Source of the DNA: Gemmatimonadota bacterium
GTDB lineage: Bacteria; Gemmatimonadota; Gemmatimonadetes; Palauibacterales; Palauibacteraceae
Assembly (NCBI GenBank): GCA_963666735.1
Contig: OY762926.1
Span: forward strand, 3,808,001-3,872,000
Reading direction: 5' to 3'
DNA: 64,000 nt
Positions 30,927 through 39,815 of the stretch are shown here, piece by piece; position 1 is the first letter of the stretch, and every line of letters begins with the position of its first letter. The notes below the pieces were generated by a model. That model made no database searches. It worked only from the letters and a program-made list of their open reading frames with translations, and was not told where the DNA came from. Made by a program: the position numbers and the translations under genes.

Positions 30927-33914
30927 TCAAGAAGGCAAGGCTGCGATGTCGAGCACGGTGACGGCGTGGCGGCCCGTCGCGCCGGCGAGGTCGGCGACCT
31001 GATGGCGGCAGCTCGTGCCGTTGGCCACGAGCCATTCGTCGTGCGCGAGAGCGCGGACGGCGGGGAGGAGTTCGAGTTCGGCGACGCGGCGGGAGACCGC
31101 CGCGTGCTCCGTCTCGTAACCGAAGGAGCCCGCCATGCCGCAGCAGCCGGCGGGAATCGCTTCGACCTCGAGGTCGGGGATCGCCCTGAGGACCTCCAGC
31201 GTCGGGCCGTCCGCGCCGAACGCCTTCTCGTGGCAGTGGCCGTGGACGCGGACTCGCCGGACGGGCAGGAGCGCCAGTTCGAGCCGATCGAGCGCGCCTG
31301 ACTCGACGAGCCATTCGGTGAGCAGCCGGGCGCGCGCGGCCACCTCCGCCGCCGCAGGGCCCGAATCCAGCGCGGGCAGTTCATCGCGCAGCGTGAGGAG
31401 ACACGACGGTTCGAGTCCCACCACCGGAATTCCGCGCGCCACGAACCGGCTCAGCGCGCGGACGGTGCGGTCGAGTTCGGCCCGCGCCTCCTCGACGAGA
31501 CCCGCGTTGAGGAACGTGCGCCCGCAACAGAGCGGCCGGCCCGCCGTGACCGCCTCCTCCACCCGATAGCCCGCGCGCGCCAGCACACGAACGGTGGCGC
31601 GGGCGTTCTCCGGCTCGAAGTAGCGCGTGAAGGTGTCGACGAAGAGCGCGACCCTCGGCCCGTGCGCCGCTGCCGCGGAAGGCCGTGTACGAGCCGCGAA
31701 CCGCCGCGACGGGTCCGCGAACGGCCGCGACGACCAGCGCGGGAGAGGCCGGTCGGCCGCCAGGCCCCCCATGCGCTCTCCGAGACGCGCGAGGGCGGGG
31801 ATCCGGTTCCGGAGGTTGGCGAGCGGTGCGAGATGGGAGACGAGCGGCGCGTAGCGGGGGAGATACGCGAACGCCCGGTCCCGGGGCGAGAGCGGCTGCT
31901 CGGCGCGCAGGCGGTGCAGGAACTCCACCTTCATGCGGGCCATGTCGACCCCGGTCGGACATTCGCGCCGGCACCCCTTGCAGCCCAGGCAGAGGTCCAT
32001 CGCCTCGTACAGTTCCGGCGACGTCCACGGGTCCTCCCCCAATTGCCCCGAGAGCGCCAGCCGCAGGGCGTTGGCGCGCCCCCGCGTGGAATGACGTTCG
32101 TCGCTCGTGGCGCGGAAGGACGGGCACATCACCCCGGGGCTCCGCTTGAGGCACGTTCCGTTGTTGTTGCACATGTCGACCGCCGGCGAGAATCCCCCCC
32201 ACTTCTCCCAGTCGAGCGCCGTCGGGAGCTTCCGGGCCTCGAGCCCGTAGCGCGCCCGCAGGAGCGAGGCGTCGTTCATGCGGGGCGGGTCGACGATCTT
32301 TCCCGGATTCAGCCGGTCCTCGGGATCGAAGCGGCGCTTGATCTCTCCGAAGACGGAGACGAGGCGCGCGCCGAGCATCGGCTCGAGGAACTCGGAGCGG
32401 ATCCAGCCGTCCCCGTGCTCGCCGGAGTGGGATCCCCCCAGTTCACCCGCGAGCGCGAAGGCGTCTACCGCGATCGCGCGCAACCGCTCCACGTCGTCCC
32501 CCTCCCGCAGGTCCAGCGCCGGCCGCACGTGGAGGCAGCCGACGGACGCGTGCGCGTACCACACGGCGTGGGTCGCGTGGCGGTCGATGATCTCCGTCAG
32601 CCGGCGATGCCACTCCGGCAGCCGCTCGAGCGGGATCGCGCAGTCCTCGATGAAGGCGAGCGGCTTGCGCGCCGCGGGTTGGGACATCGAAATGTTTAGG
32701 CCGGCCTTGCGCAGCGCCCAGATGCGGCCCTGGAAGGCAGGGGATTCCGCGCGCGTGACGCCCACGGCGATCCCGCCCAGCACGGACTCGAGCCGCGAGA
32801 GGGAGGCCGAGACCCGCTCCGGGTCGTCCCCGGCGAACTCGACCACGAGGATGTCGCGCGGCCGGCCGCTCCCGTCCTCCCCGAGCTGTCGAAGCACGCT
32901 CTCGAAACTCGGCATCCGCGCGGCCAGCCCGAGCACGGTCGCGTCGAACAGTTCCACCGCCGTCGGTTCGAGCGCGACGATCGCCGGAACCGCGGCCAGC
33001 GCCGCGCCGGTGCCGTCGAAGCGACACACGCCGAGCGCGCGCACGGCCGGAATGGGCTGAAGGTCGAGTTCGAGCGCGGTGAAGAGCGCGAGCGTCCCCT
33101 CCGAGCCCACGAGAAGATCCGACAGTCCGGAGCCCTCCCGGCCCAGACGGTGCAACGCATAGCCGGCCACATGCCGCGGAACGTCCGGCACCCGCCGCGC
33201 CAGCTCGTCGGCCTCGCGCCTGTAGAGCGCCCGCATGTCGGCTCCGAGGTTGCCCCCGGTCGCCGCGCCGATCGCCGCCCCCGGCGCCGCACCGGGTACC
33301 CCGCCGGGCATGGCGTCGCGGCGGAACTCGGCCCGCCGGCCATCGGCGAGCACCGCTTCGATGCCCCTGACGTGTTCGACCATGTGGCCGTAGCGTACCG
33401 ACCGCGACCCCGCGCTGTTGTTGCCGGCCATGCCCCCCAGCGTGGCGCGGCTCGCCGTCGCCACGTCGATCGGGAAGAAGAGCCCGTGCGGCCGCAGGAA
33501 CGCGTTCAGCCGGTCCAGCACGATCCCCGGCTCGACCACGACGCGCCGGGCGTCCGGATCGAAGTCGAGCACCCCGTCCAGCCCCCGGCTCGTGTCGAGG
33601 ACCACGCCGCGGCCGATCGACTGGCCGCTCTGCGACGTCCCCGCCCCGCGCACGACGACCGAAGTCCCGTGCTCGCCCGCCGTCTCCACCGCCCGCCGCA
33701 CGTCGCCGGCGGATTCCGGGAACACGACCCCCAGCGGCTCCACCTGGTAGATCGACGCATCCGTGCTGTACAGCCCGCGCGTGAAACGGTCGAAGCGGAC
33801 CTCGCCTCGGAGGCGCGCCCGAAGCCGAGCTTCGAGCCGAACCTCGGACGGAGCGGCGAGTCCGGACCGGGGCCGTTGCGAAGCGGCGCGGTCGTGAGAG
33901 ATTGGGCGGGTCAC
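30927..33914 (-). CDS. FAD-linked oxidase fused to a 4Fe-4S/CCG domain (GlcD/GlcF-, YdiJ-like 2-hydroxyacid dehydrogenase)
   Basis: 'YSTDAS', 'GAGTSQSGQ', 'GSEGTL', 'AHASVGCLHVRP', 'SGEHGDG', 'CNNNGTC', 'CLGCKGCRREC', CCG motifs; start uncertain. Confidence 0.88.
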   Translation of the reverse strand: MTRPISHDRAASQRPRSGLAAPSEVRLEARLRARLRGEVRFDRFTRGLYSTDASIYQVEPLGVVFPESAGDVRRAVETAGEHGTSVVVRGAGTSQSGQSIGRGVVLDTSRGLDGVLDFDPDARRVVVEPGIVLDRLNAFLRPHGLFFPIDVATASRATLGGMAGNNSAGSRSVRYGHMVEHVRGIEAVLADGRRAEFRRDAMPGGVPGAAPGAAIGAATGGNLGADMRALYRREADELARRVPDVPRHVAGYALHRLGREGSGLSDLLVGSEGTLALFTALELDLQPIPAVRALGVCRFDGTGAALAAVPAIVALEPTAVELFDATVLGLAARMPSFESVLRQLGEDGSGRPRDILVVEFAGDDPERVSASLSRLESVLGGIAVGVTRAESPAFQGRIWALRKAGLNISMSQPAARKPLAFIEDCAIPLERLPEWHRRLTEIIDRHATHAVWYAHASVGCLHVRPALDLREGDDVERLRAIAVDAFALAGELGGSHSGEHGDGWIRSEFLEPMLGARLVSVFGEIKRRFDPEDRLNPGKIVDPPRMNDASLLRARYGLEARKLPTALDWEKWGGFSPAVDMCNNNGTCLKRSPGVMCPSFRATSDERHSTRGRANALRLALSGQLGEDPWTSPELYEAMDLCLGCKGCRRECPTGVDMARMKVEFLHRLRAEQPLSPRDRAFAYLPRYAPLVSHLAPLANLRNRIPALARLGERMGGLAADRPLPRWSSRPFADPSRRFAARTRPSAAAAHGPRVALFVDTFTRYFEPENARATVRVLARAGYRVEEAVTAGRPLCCGRTFLNAGLVEEARAELDRTVRALSRFVARGIPVVGLEPSCLLTLRDELPALDSGPAAAEVAARARLLTEWLVESGALDRLELALLPVRRVRVHGHCHEKAFGADGPTLEVLRAIPDLEVEAIPAGCCGMAGSFGYETEHAAVSRRVAELELLPAVRALAHDEWLVANGTSCRHQVADLAGATGRHAVTVLDIAALPS

Positions 33915-33964
33915 GAGCCAAGTTGTATCGGCGGAAGCCCCGACCTGACAAGAGCGAGCCACCC

Positions 33965-35134
33965 TTGACCTACCGCAGCGGCAGACACTTCCTCCAGCTC
34001 CCGGGCCCGACTGCGGTGCCGGGGCGCGTTTTCAGGGCCATGAACCGGTCCGTCATCGACCACCGCGGACCCGGGTTCGGGGAGATGGTGCTGGGATTGT
34101 TCGACGGCTTGAAATGGGTGTTCGGGGACCCCGCGCACGTCTTCATCTTCGCCTCCTCCGCGACCGGGTGCTGGGAAAGCGCCCTCGCCAACGTCCTTTC
34201 TCCCGGCGACCGCGTTCTCCTCTGGAGCAACGGGTTCTTCGCCTCGAAGTGGGGAGAGGTGGGACGGTCCCTCGGCCTGCGGGTGGAGGTCATCGACGGG
34301 GACTGGCGGCGCCCCGCGGATTCGGAGAGAATCGCGGCGCGGCTCGCGGACGACGCGAAGCGGCGGATCCGCGGGGTGCTCGTCGTCCACAACGAGACGT
34401 CGACGGGCGTGACCAGCGACATCGCCGCCGTCCGCGCCGCGCTCGATGAGACCGGCCATCCGGCGCTCCTCATGGTCGACGCGGTCTCCTCGCTCGCCGC
34501 CGCCCCCTACCGGCAGGCGGAGTGGGGCGTGGACGTCACCGTGTGCGGCTCGCAGAAGGGACTCATGCTCCCGCCGGGCCTCGGGTTCTGCGCCGTGAGC
34601 GAGAAGGCGCTCGCCCGCCACCGCGCCGGCCCCGGGACCCCGCGCTCCTACTTCGACTGGACGGCGATGCTGCGCGACAACGAGGGCGGCTACTTCCCCT
34701 ACACGCCGCCCACGACGCTCCTCTACGGGCTCGAGGCGTCGCTCGCGATGCTGCGGGAAGAGGGGGCCGAAGCCACCTTCGCCCGCCACGCCCGCCACGG
34801 CGAGGCCACGCGCCGGGCCGTCGCCGCCTGGGGTCTGCGCAACTACTGTCAGGATCCGACGGCGGTGTCGAGCGCCGGTACGACCGTGATGGTGGGGGAC
34901 GGGGAGGACGCCGAAGCGTTCCGCCTCGCCGTGCTCGAACGCTTCGACATGTCGCTGGGGACGGGTCTCGGCCCCCTCAGGGGGAAGGTGTTCCGGATCG
35001 GGCACCTCGGGGATCTCAACGAACTCACGCTGATGGGAGCGCTGGCCGGGGTGGAGATGGGACTGAAGATGAGCGGCATCGCGCACGAACCCGGCGGTCT
35101 GGCCGCCGCCGCCGACTTCCTGGCCGGGGCATGA
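33965..35134 (+). CDS. Class V PLP aminotransferase (serine/alanine-glyoxylate aminotransferase-like)
   Basis: 'GRHFLQLPGPT', 'HNETSTG', 'VDAVSS', PLP lysine in 'GSQKGLMLPPG', 'FRIGHLG'; TTG start. Confidence 0.9.
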   Translation: MTYRSGRHFLQLPGPTAVPGRVFRAMNRSVIDHRGPGFGEMVLGLFDGLKWVFGDPAHVFIFASSATGCWESALANVLSPGDRVLLWSNGFFASKWGEVGRSLGLRVEVIDGDWRRPADSERIAARLADDAKRRIRGVLVVHNETSTGVTSDIAAVRAALDETGHPALLMVDAVSSLAAAPYRQAEWGVDVTVCGSQKGLMLPPGLGFCAVSEKALARHRAGPGTPRSYFDWTAMLRDNEGGYFPYTPPTTLLYGLEASLAMLREEGAEATFARHARHGEATRRAVAAWGLRNYCQDPTAVSSAGTTVMVGDGEDAEAFRLAVLERFDMSLGTGLGPLRGKVFRIGHLGDLNELTLMGALAGVEMGLKMSGIAHEPGGLAAAADFLAGA

Positions 35135-36180
35135 AGCGGCTTGCGGGGCGGACGCCGAGGCTCGCCCGCGCGACGGCCGCCGCCGGGTCGGCCGTCGCGT
35201 CGGTCGCGGCGGCGCTCATCTCCTTCGGGTGCGCGGGAGAGGGCGGGGAGGCGGGGGTCGTCGAACTCTCCCTGGGCCACGTCGGCTCTCCCGGCTCGCT
35301 CTACGATGTGACGGCCAACGAGTTCGCGCGCCGCGTGAACGAACGGCTCGCGGGCCGGGCCGAACTCCACGTCTACGGCGCGAGCCAGTTCGGCGGCGAC
35401 GACGCGATGCTCCAGCGGCTGCGGCTCGGCACGCTCGACATGTCCATCCCCTCCACGATCATGTCCTCGATGGTCGACGCCTTCGGCCTGTTCGAGATGC
35501 CGTACCTCGTTCGCGACCGCGAGCACATGAAGCGCATCGAGGAGGTCGTGGTGTGGCCCGAACTCGCGCCCCGGGCGGAGGAGGCCGGTTACCGGGTCCT
35601 CGCGGTGTGGGAGAACGGATTCCGTCACATCACGAATTCCCGGCGGCCCATCCGCGGCCCCGAGGACCTGAGCGGGATCAAGCTTCGCACGCCCCGCGGC
35701 GTGTGGCGCGTGAAGCTCTTCCAGGCGCTGGGCGCGAACCCGACGCCGATGCCGTTCTCCGAAGTCTTCGTCGCGCTCCAGACCGGGGTGATGGACGGCC
35801 AGGAGAACCCGCTCACGCAGGTGACGAGTTCCAAGCTGCACGAGGTGCAGGACTACCTTTCCCTCACGGGACATGTGTACAGCCCAGCCTTCGTCACGAC
35901 GGGGGCGGGGCCGTGGGAGCGTCACCCGGCGGACGTTCGCGCCGAGGTGGAGGCGATCGCGCGCGAGATGCAGGCGTTCGTGTATGAGACGGCGGTGCGC
36001 ATGGACGAGGAGTTGCTCGCCGAGTTGGAGGCCACGGAGATGGAGATCAACGCGGCGGACCCGGCGCGCTTCGAGTCCGCCAGCGAGCCTGTGTACGAGG
36101 AGTTCGCCGCGACGGTCGAAGGTGGACAGTCCCTCATCGACAGGGCGCGCGAGGCCGGAACCCCGGAGGCGGACTCATAG
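35131..36180 (+). CDS. dctP: TRAP substrate-binding protein (probable lipoprotein)
   Basis: 'WENGFRHIT', 'GIKLRTP', 'ALQTGVMDGQENP'; lipobox-like 'SFGC'. Confidence 0.9.
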   Translation: MKRLAGRTPRLARATAAAGSAVASVAAALISFGCAGEGGEAGVVELSLGHVGSPGSLYDVTANEFARRVNERLAGRAELHVYGASQFGGDDAMLQRLRLGTLDMSIPSTIMSSMVDAFGLFEMPYLVRDREHMKRIEEVVVWPELAPRAEEAGYRVLAVWENGFRHITNSRRPIRGPEDLSGIKLRTPRGVWRVKLFQALGANPTPMPFSEVFVALQTGVMDGQENPLTQVTSSKLHEVQDYLSLTGHVYSPAFVTTGAGPWERHPADVRAEVEAIAREMQAFVYETAVRMDEELLAELEATEMEINAADPARFESASEPVYEEFAATVEGGQSLIDRAREAGTPEADS

Positions 36181-36187
36181 CCGGGTC

Positions 36188-36715
36188 ATGCTGAGGACGG
36201 GCGTCCGGCGCTTCCTGGAGGGAGCGGTGCTCGTCCTGCTGGCGTCGCTCGCCGTGGTCGTCGTGGTGGGGGTCGGCTTCCGGAAAGCGGGAGCGGCGCT
36301 CGTGTGGTACGACGAGGTGGCGTCCATCCTCCTCGCGTGGCTCACCTACTACGGGGCGGCGCTCGCGGCGCTGCGCCGGGCGCACGTCGGCGTGCCCACG
36401 CTGGCCCAGCGCCTGACGGGGCGCGCGCGGGTCGCCGTCGTGCTCGTGGCCGAGGGCGCGATCATTGCCTTCTTCGCAGCCGTCGCATGGTCGGGTTGGC
36501 AGGTTGTCCGCGTGCTCGAGGGGACCACGCTCGTGAGTCTTCCCTCCGTGCCCGCCGCGCTGGCGCAGTCCGTGATTCCCATCGGCGCCGTCCTCTTCAT
36601 CGTCGCCCAGCTTCTGGGGCTGAAGGACGCGCTTTCCCCGGAGACCGCCCGCTCCGACGAGACGGTCTCGGCCGGTGAGACGGCCGGCGAGGCGACTGGG
36701 GAGGACGAGCCGTGA
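36188..36715 (+). CDS. dctQ: TRAP small permease
   Basis: Four TMs; 'WYDEVASILLAWLTYYGAALA...HVGV'. Confidence 0.88.
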   Translation: MLRTGVRRFLEGAVLVLLASLAVVVVVGVGFRKAGAALVWYDEVASILLAWLTYYGAALAALRRAHVGVPTLAQRLTGRARVAVVLVAEGAIIAFFAAVAWSGWQVVRVLEGTTLVSLPSVPAALAQSVIPIGAVLFIVAQLLGLKDALSPETARSDETVSAGETAGEATGEDEP

Positions 36716-37995
36716 CGTTCCTCATCCTCTTCGTCGGCCTGCTGATCCTCATCGCCCTCGGGGTCCCCATCGCGGTCGCGCTCGGGATCGTGGCGCTCGT
36801 CGCCATGCTCGCCTCGGGCGGCGTCGCCATGCTCCCCAACGCGGGCCTCGTCCTGTTCGACGGGGCGACCTCGTTCCCGCTCATCGCGATCCCCCTCTTC
36901 ATCCTCGCGGGCGCGATCATGAACGCGACCGGGATCTCGCGCCGGCTTATCGCCTTCGCCTCCGCGCTCGTCGGGTTCATCCGCGGCGGCCTCTCGATGG
37001 TCGGCATCTCCGCCTCCCTCTTCTTCGCGGAGATCTCGGGCTCGGCCGTGGCCGACGTGGCCGCCCTCGGCTCCATCCTCATCCCGGCCATGAAGAAGCG
37101 CGGCTACCGGACGCCGTTCGCCGCGGCCGTGATGTCTTCCTCGGCCACGCTCGCCGTCATCATCCCCCCGTCCATCCCCATGATCCTGTACGGCGTCATG
37201 GCCGAGGCCTCGGTCGTCGAACTGTTCGTCGCCGGCATCGTGCCCGGCGTGCTCGGCGGCCTGCTGCTGATGTTCGCGGCCTGGCTCTACGCCCGCCGCC
37301 ACGACTTCCCCGTGGAGGGACGGTTCGAACTCCGCCGCGTGTGGACGACGGCGCGCGAGGCGGGGTGGGCGCTACTCCTGCCCGCGATCATCCTGGGCGG
37401 GATCTTCAGCGGCTGGGTCACGGCGACCGAGGGGGCGGGGCTCGCTGTCGTCGCGTCGCTCGTCGTGGGCGGGCTCATCTACCGCGAACTCGACCTCGCC
37501 CACCTGCGCGAGGCGATGCTGGAGGGCGGCGTGCAGACGGCCGTCGTCATGCTCCTCGTCGCGACCTCCGCCCTGCTCGGCGACTACCTCACCGAACAAC
37601 GGCTTCCCCAGCAGGTCGCGGCCGGGATCATGGGGCTCACCGACAACAAGTGGCTCATCCTCGCGCTGCTCAACGTCTTCTTCCTCGTCATCGGTCTCTT
37701 CCTGCACTCGGCCGCGGCGATCATCCTCGTCGTACCCATCGTGATGCCGCTCGTGCGCGCGGCGGGGATCGACCCCGTACACTTCGGGCTCATCGTCACC
37801 CTCAACCTCGGCATCGGCCAGCAGACGCCCCCGGTCGCGAGCGTGCTCGTGACCGCCTGCTCGGTCGCCAAGGCGGACATCTGGGAGGTGAGCAAGGTCA
37901 ACCTCCGCTTCATCGCCGTCCTCGTCGCGGTCCTCCTGCTGGTCACGTACGTGCCGGCGATCCCCCTCGCCCTGGTGAACGTCTTCTACCACTGA
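36712..37995 (+). CDS. dctM: TRAP large permease
   Basis: 'AIPLFILAG', 'SGSAVAD', 'IIPPSIP', 'GIDPVHFG', 'TPPV'. Confidence 0.93.
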   Translation: MTFLILFVGLLILIALGVPIAVALGIVALVAMLASGGVAMLPNAGLVLFDGATSFPLIAIPLFILAGAIMNATGISRRLIAFASALVGFIRGGLSMVGISASLFFAEISGSAVADVAALGSILIPAMKKRGYRTPFAAAVMSSSATLAVIIPPSIPMILYGVMAEASVVELFVAGIVPGVLGGLLLMFAAWLYARRHDFPVEGRFELRRVWTTAREAGWALLLPAIILGGIFSGWVTATEGAGLAVVASLVVGGLIYRELDLAHLREAMLEGGVQTAVVMLLVATSALLGDYLTEQRLPQQVAAGIMGLTDNKWLILALLNVFFLVIGLFLHSAAAIILVVPIVMPLVRAAGIDPVHFGLIVTLNLGIGQQTPPVASVLVTACSVAKADIWEVSKVNLRFIAVLVAVLLLVTYVPAIPLALVNVFYH

Positions 37996-38102
37996 TGTGA
38001 CGCCGGACTGACACGAGCCATCGTACTTAGGGGGACGCGTGACCGGCGATTCGGCCTCTCGCCCGCGAATCCCTCCGCACGCAGCGACGCAGATACATTG
38101 CG

Positions 38103-38342
38103 ATGGTGGCGGGTGATGACCAGACAATCTGGCTCCGGGAGGGGGTCGGGGCCAGCGAGGGGCCGTCATCAAGGTGGGCGGCCTATCGCTTTGGACAGGG
38201 GTTTCTTGGAGTCGCCGCTCTCCCGGAGGGGCACGAGCTGATGGCTGAATCTGGAGGACTGCTTTGGACCAAGAGCTGGGACAGTCTGGGGCTGCCCGGC
38301 GTCACGGGGTGGAAGATCTCGTGGCCGGGAGGGTTGGAATGA
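38103..38342 (+). pseudogene. Orphan C-terminal fragment of a secreted 6-bladed beta-propeller protein
   Basis: 'GDDQTIWL...RWAAY...ALPEG...LWTKSWDSLGLPGV' parallels the end of the propeller at 59888-60448 ('GSDGTAWI...EWLVL...RLPAG...WMVERDALDIPYV'); no N-terminus. Confidence 0.5.
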
Positions 38343-39110
38343 GACGAATGAGGGCTTCGAGGAGACGCTGCGCCTTCCGTCCGCCCACGAGGACGCTTGT
38401 TGCGGTGCTCGGGCTATGGGCCGCCGGGGGCGCGGATCTGACGGGCCAGGAGCCGGACTGCGGCGGGCGCGGCGTGCTCCGGGTGGTGGTACTCGACCAG
38501 TCCGGGTCGGTTCCGATCCCCGGGGCAACGGTCGTGCTGCGCTGGACCGAGGCGGAGAGCGCGCGAAGGCCGGTGCGCGAGGACGCCGGACCCGGCGGGC
38601 AACTCGTCCTGTGCGCCCCGCGCGACGCCCGGCAAGCCACGGTGTGGGCCGAGTTCGGGGACGCGTCGAGCGACGAGGCGGTGGTTCCCATCGCCGCCGG
38701 GGCCTCGCGCGAGGCGAGACTCCTGCTTCACCTGGGCGATCTGCGTACGGGGCGCCTGACCGGCGAGGTGCGCGACGCTCTCACGGAGAACCCCGTCGCG
38801 ACGGCGGCGGTGTCGGTTCAGGGCCGGGCCGAGGTGGCCGAGACCAACCGAATGGGGCGGTTCATCCTGAGCGGCGTCCCGGTGGGCGTCCACGAGCTTT
38901 CGGTGAGGCATCTGGGGTACGCGCCCCTTGTCCACGAAGTGACGGTGTCGCGCGGCATCACGACGAATGCAGACTCGTCAACGCTCGATGGACGTCGGGG
39001 TTCGAGCCGGGCGGCTGCGTGATGGGCGTCGTGCTTGACGGCACGAGACTGCGCGTACGGGAAGGGGACACGATTGACCAGTTCGTGAAGCCGGTCGAGG
39101 TGGCGGGACC
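38339..39110 (+). pseudogene. Carboxypeptidase-regulatory-like (TonB-receptor N-terminal type) secreted protein, internally deleted and frameshifted
   Basis: Signal peptide and two beta-sandwich repeats ('GRLTGEVRD...TNRMGRF...VRHLGY'); frame ends 39022 while a plug-like tail 'CVMGVVLDG...IDQFVKPVEVAG' continues in another frame. Confidence 0.55.
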
Positions 39111-39291
39111 CGACTCGATCCCGACCCACCTGACCCAGCCCTCGCGGGCGATCGTCGACGATCCTGCCCTTGTTAGGTTTCTCCGCCTCGCGGCATCCAG
39201 GGAATACAGGCCGGGCATGCGTCGATGAATCCGGCCATGCAGCAGGGATCGAGAAATACGAAAGGAGTCGGGAAGAGACGCTGATGAACCC

Positions 39292-39813
39292 GTGGTGATC
39301 GAAGCAAATCGAGAGGGGCGACTGGTCCGGCAGGCCGCGGCCGGGGACCCCGAGGCTCTCCACGTACTGTACGAGGAGCATTCGGACACGGTGTTCGCCG
39401 TCGCGTACCGTCTTACCGACTCCTCCGCCGATGCAAAGGACGTGCTGCAGAACGTCTTCGTCCAGTTGCCCCGCGCCCTCGCGACGTTCGATCAGAGGAG
39501 TTCGCTCGGCACGTGGCTGCGCGTCGTCGCGACGCGAGCGGCCCTGCAGTTGATCCGGGCGCGCCGGCGGCGTCGCGAAGTTCCCTTCGAGCATGACCTG
39601 TCGAGCCGTCCCCCTCCCATCCTGGACACGATCGCGCTGGAGCGGGCCCTGGCCGCCCTGCCGGACACGCTCAGGACGGTGATCATTCTGAAGGAAATCG
39701 AAGGATATTCCCACAAGGAAATTGGCGAATTTCTTGAGATTGCGCCCTCGGCGTCCATGGTCCGGCTCTCGCGGGCCAGGGCCTCGCTGCGGGCCGCGCT
39801 GGGAGGAACGTAG
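39292..39813 (+). CDS. ECF RNA polymerase sigma factor
   Basis: Region 2 'AKDVLQNVF...TWLRVVA'; region 4 'EGYSHKEIG...RLSRARASLR'. Confidence 0.9.
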   Translation: MVIEANREGRLVRQAAAGDPEALHVLYEEHSDTVFAVAYRLTDSSADAKDVLQNVFVQLPRALATFDQRSSLGTWLRVVATRAALQLIRARRRRREVPFEHDLSSRPPPILDTIALERALAALPDTLRTVIILKEIEGYSHKEIGEFLEIAPSASMVRLSRARASLRAALGGT

Positions 39814-39815
39814 AC

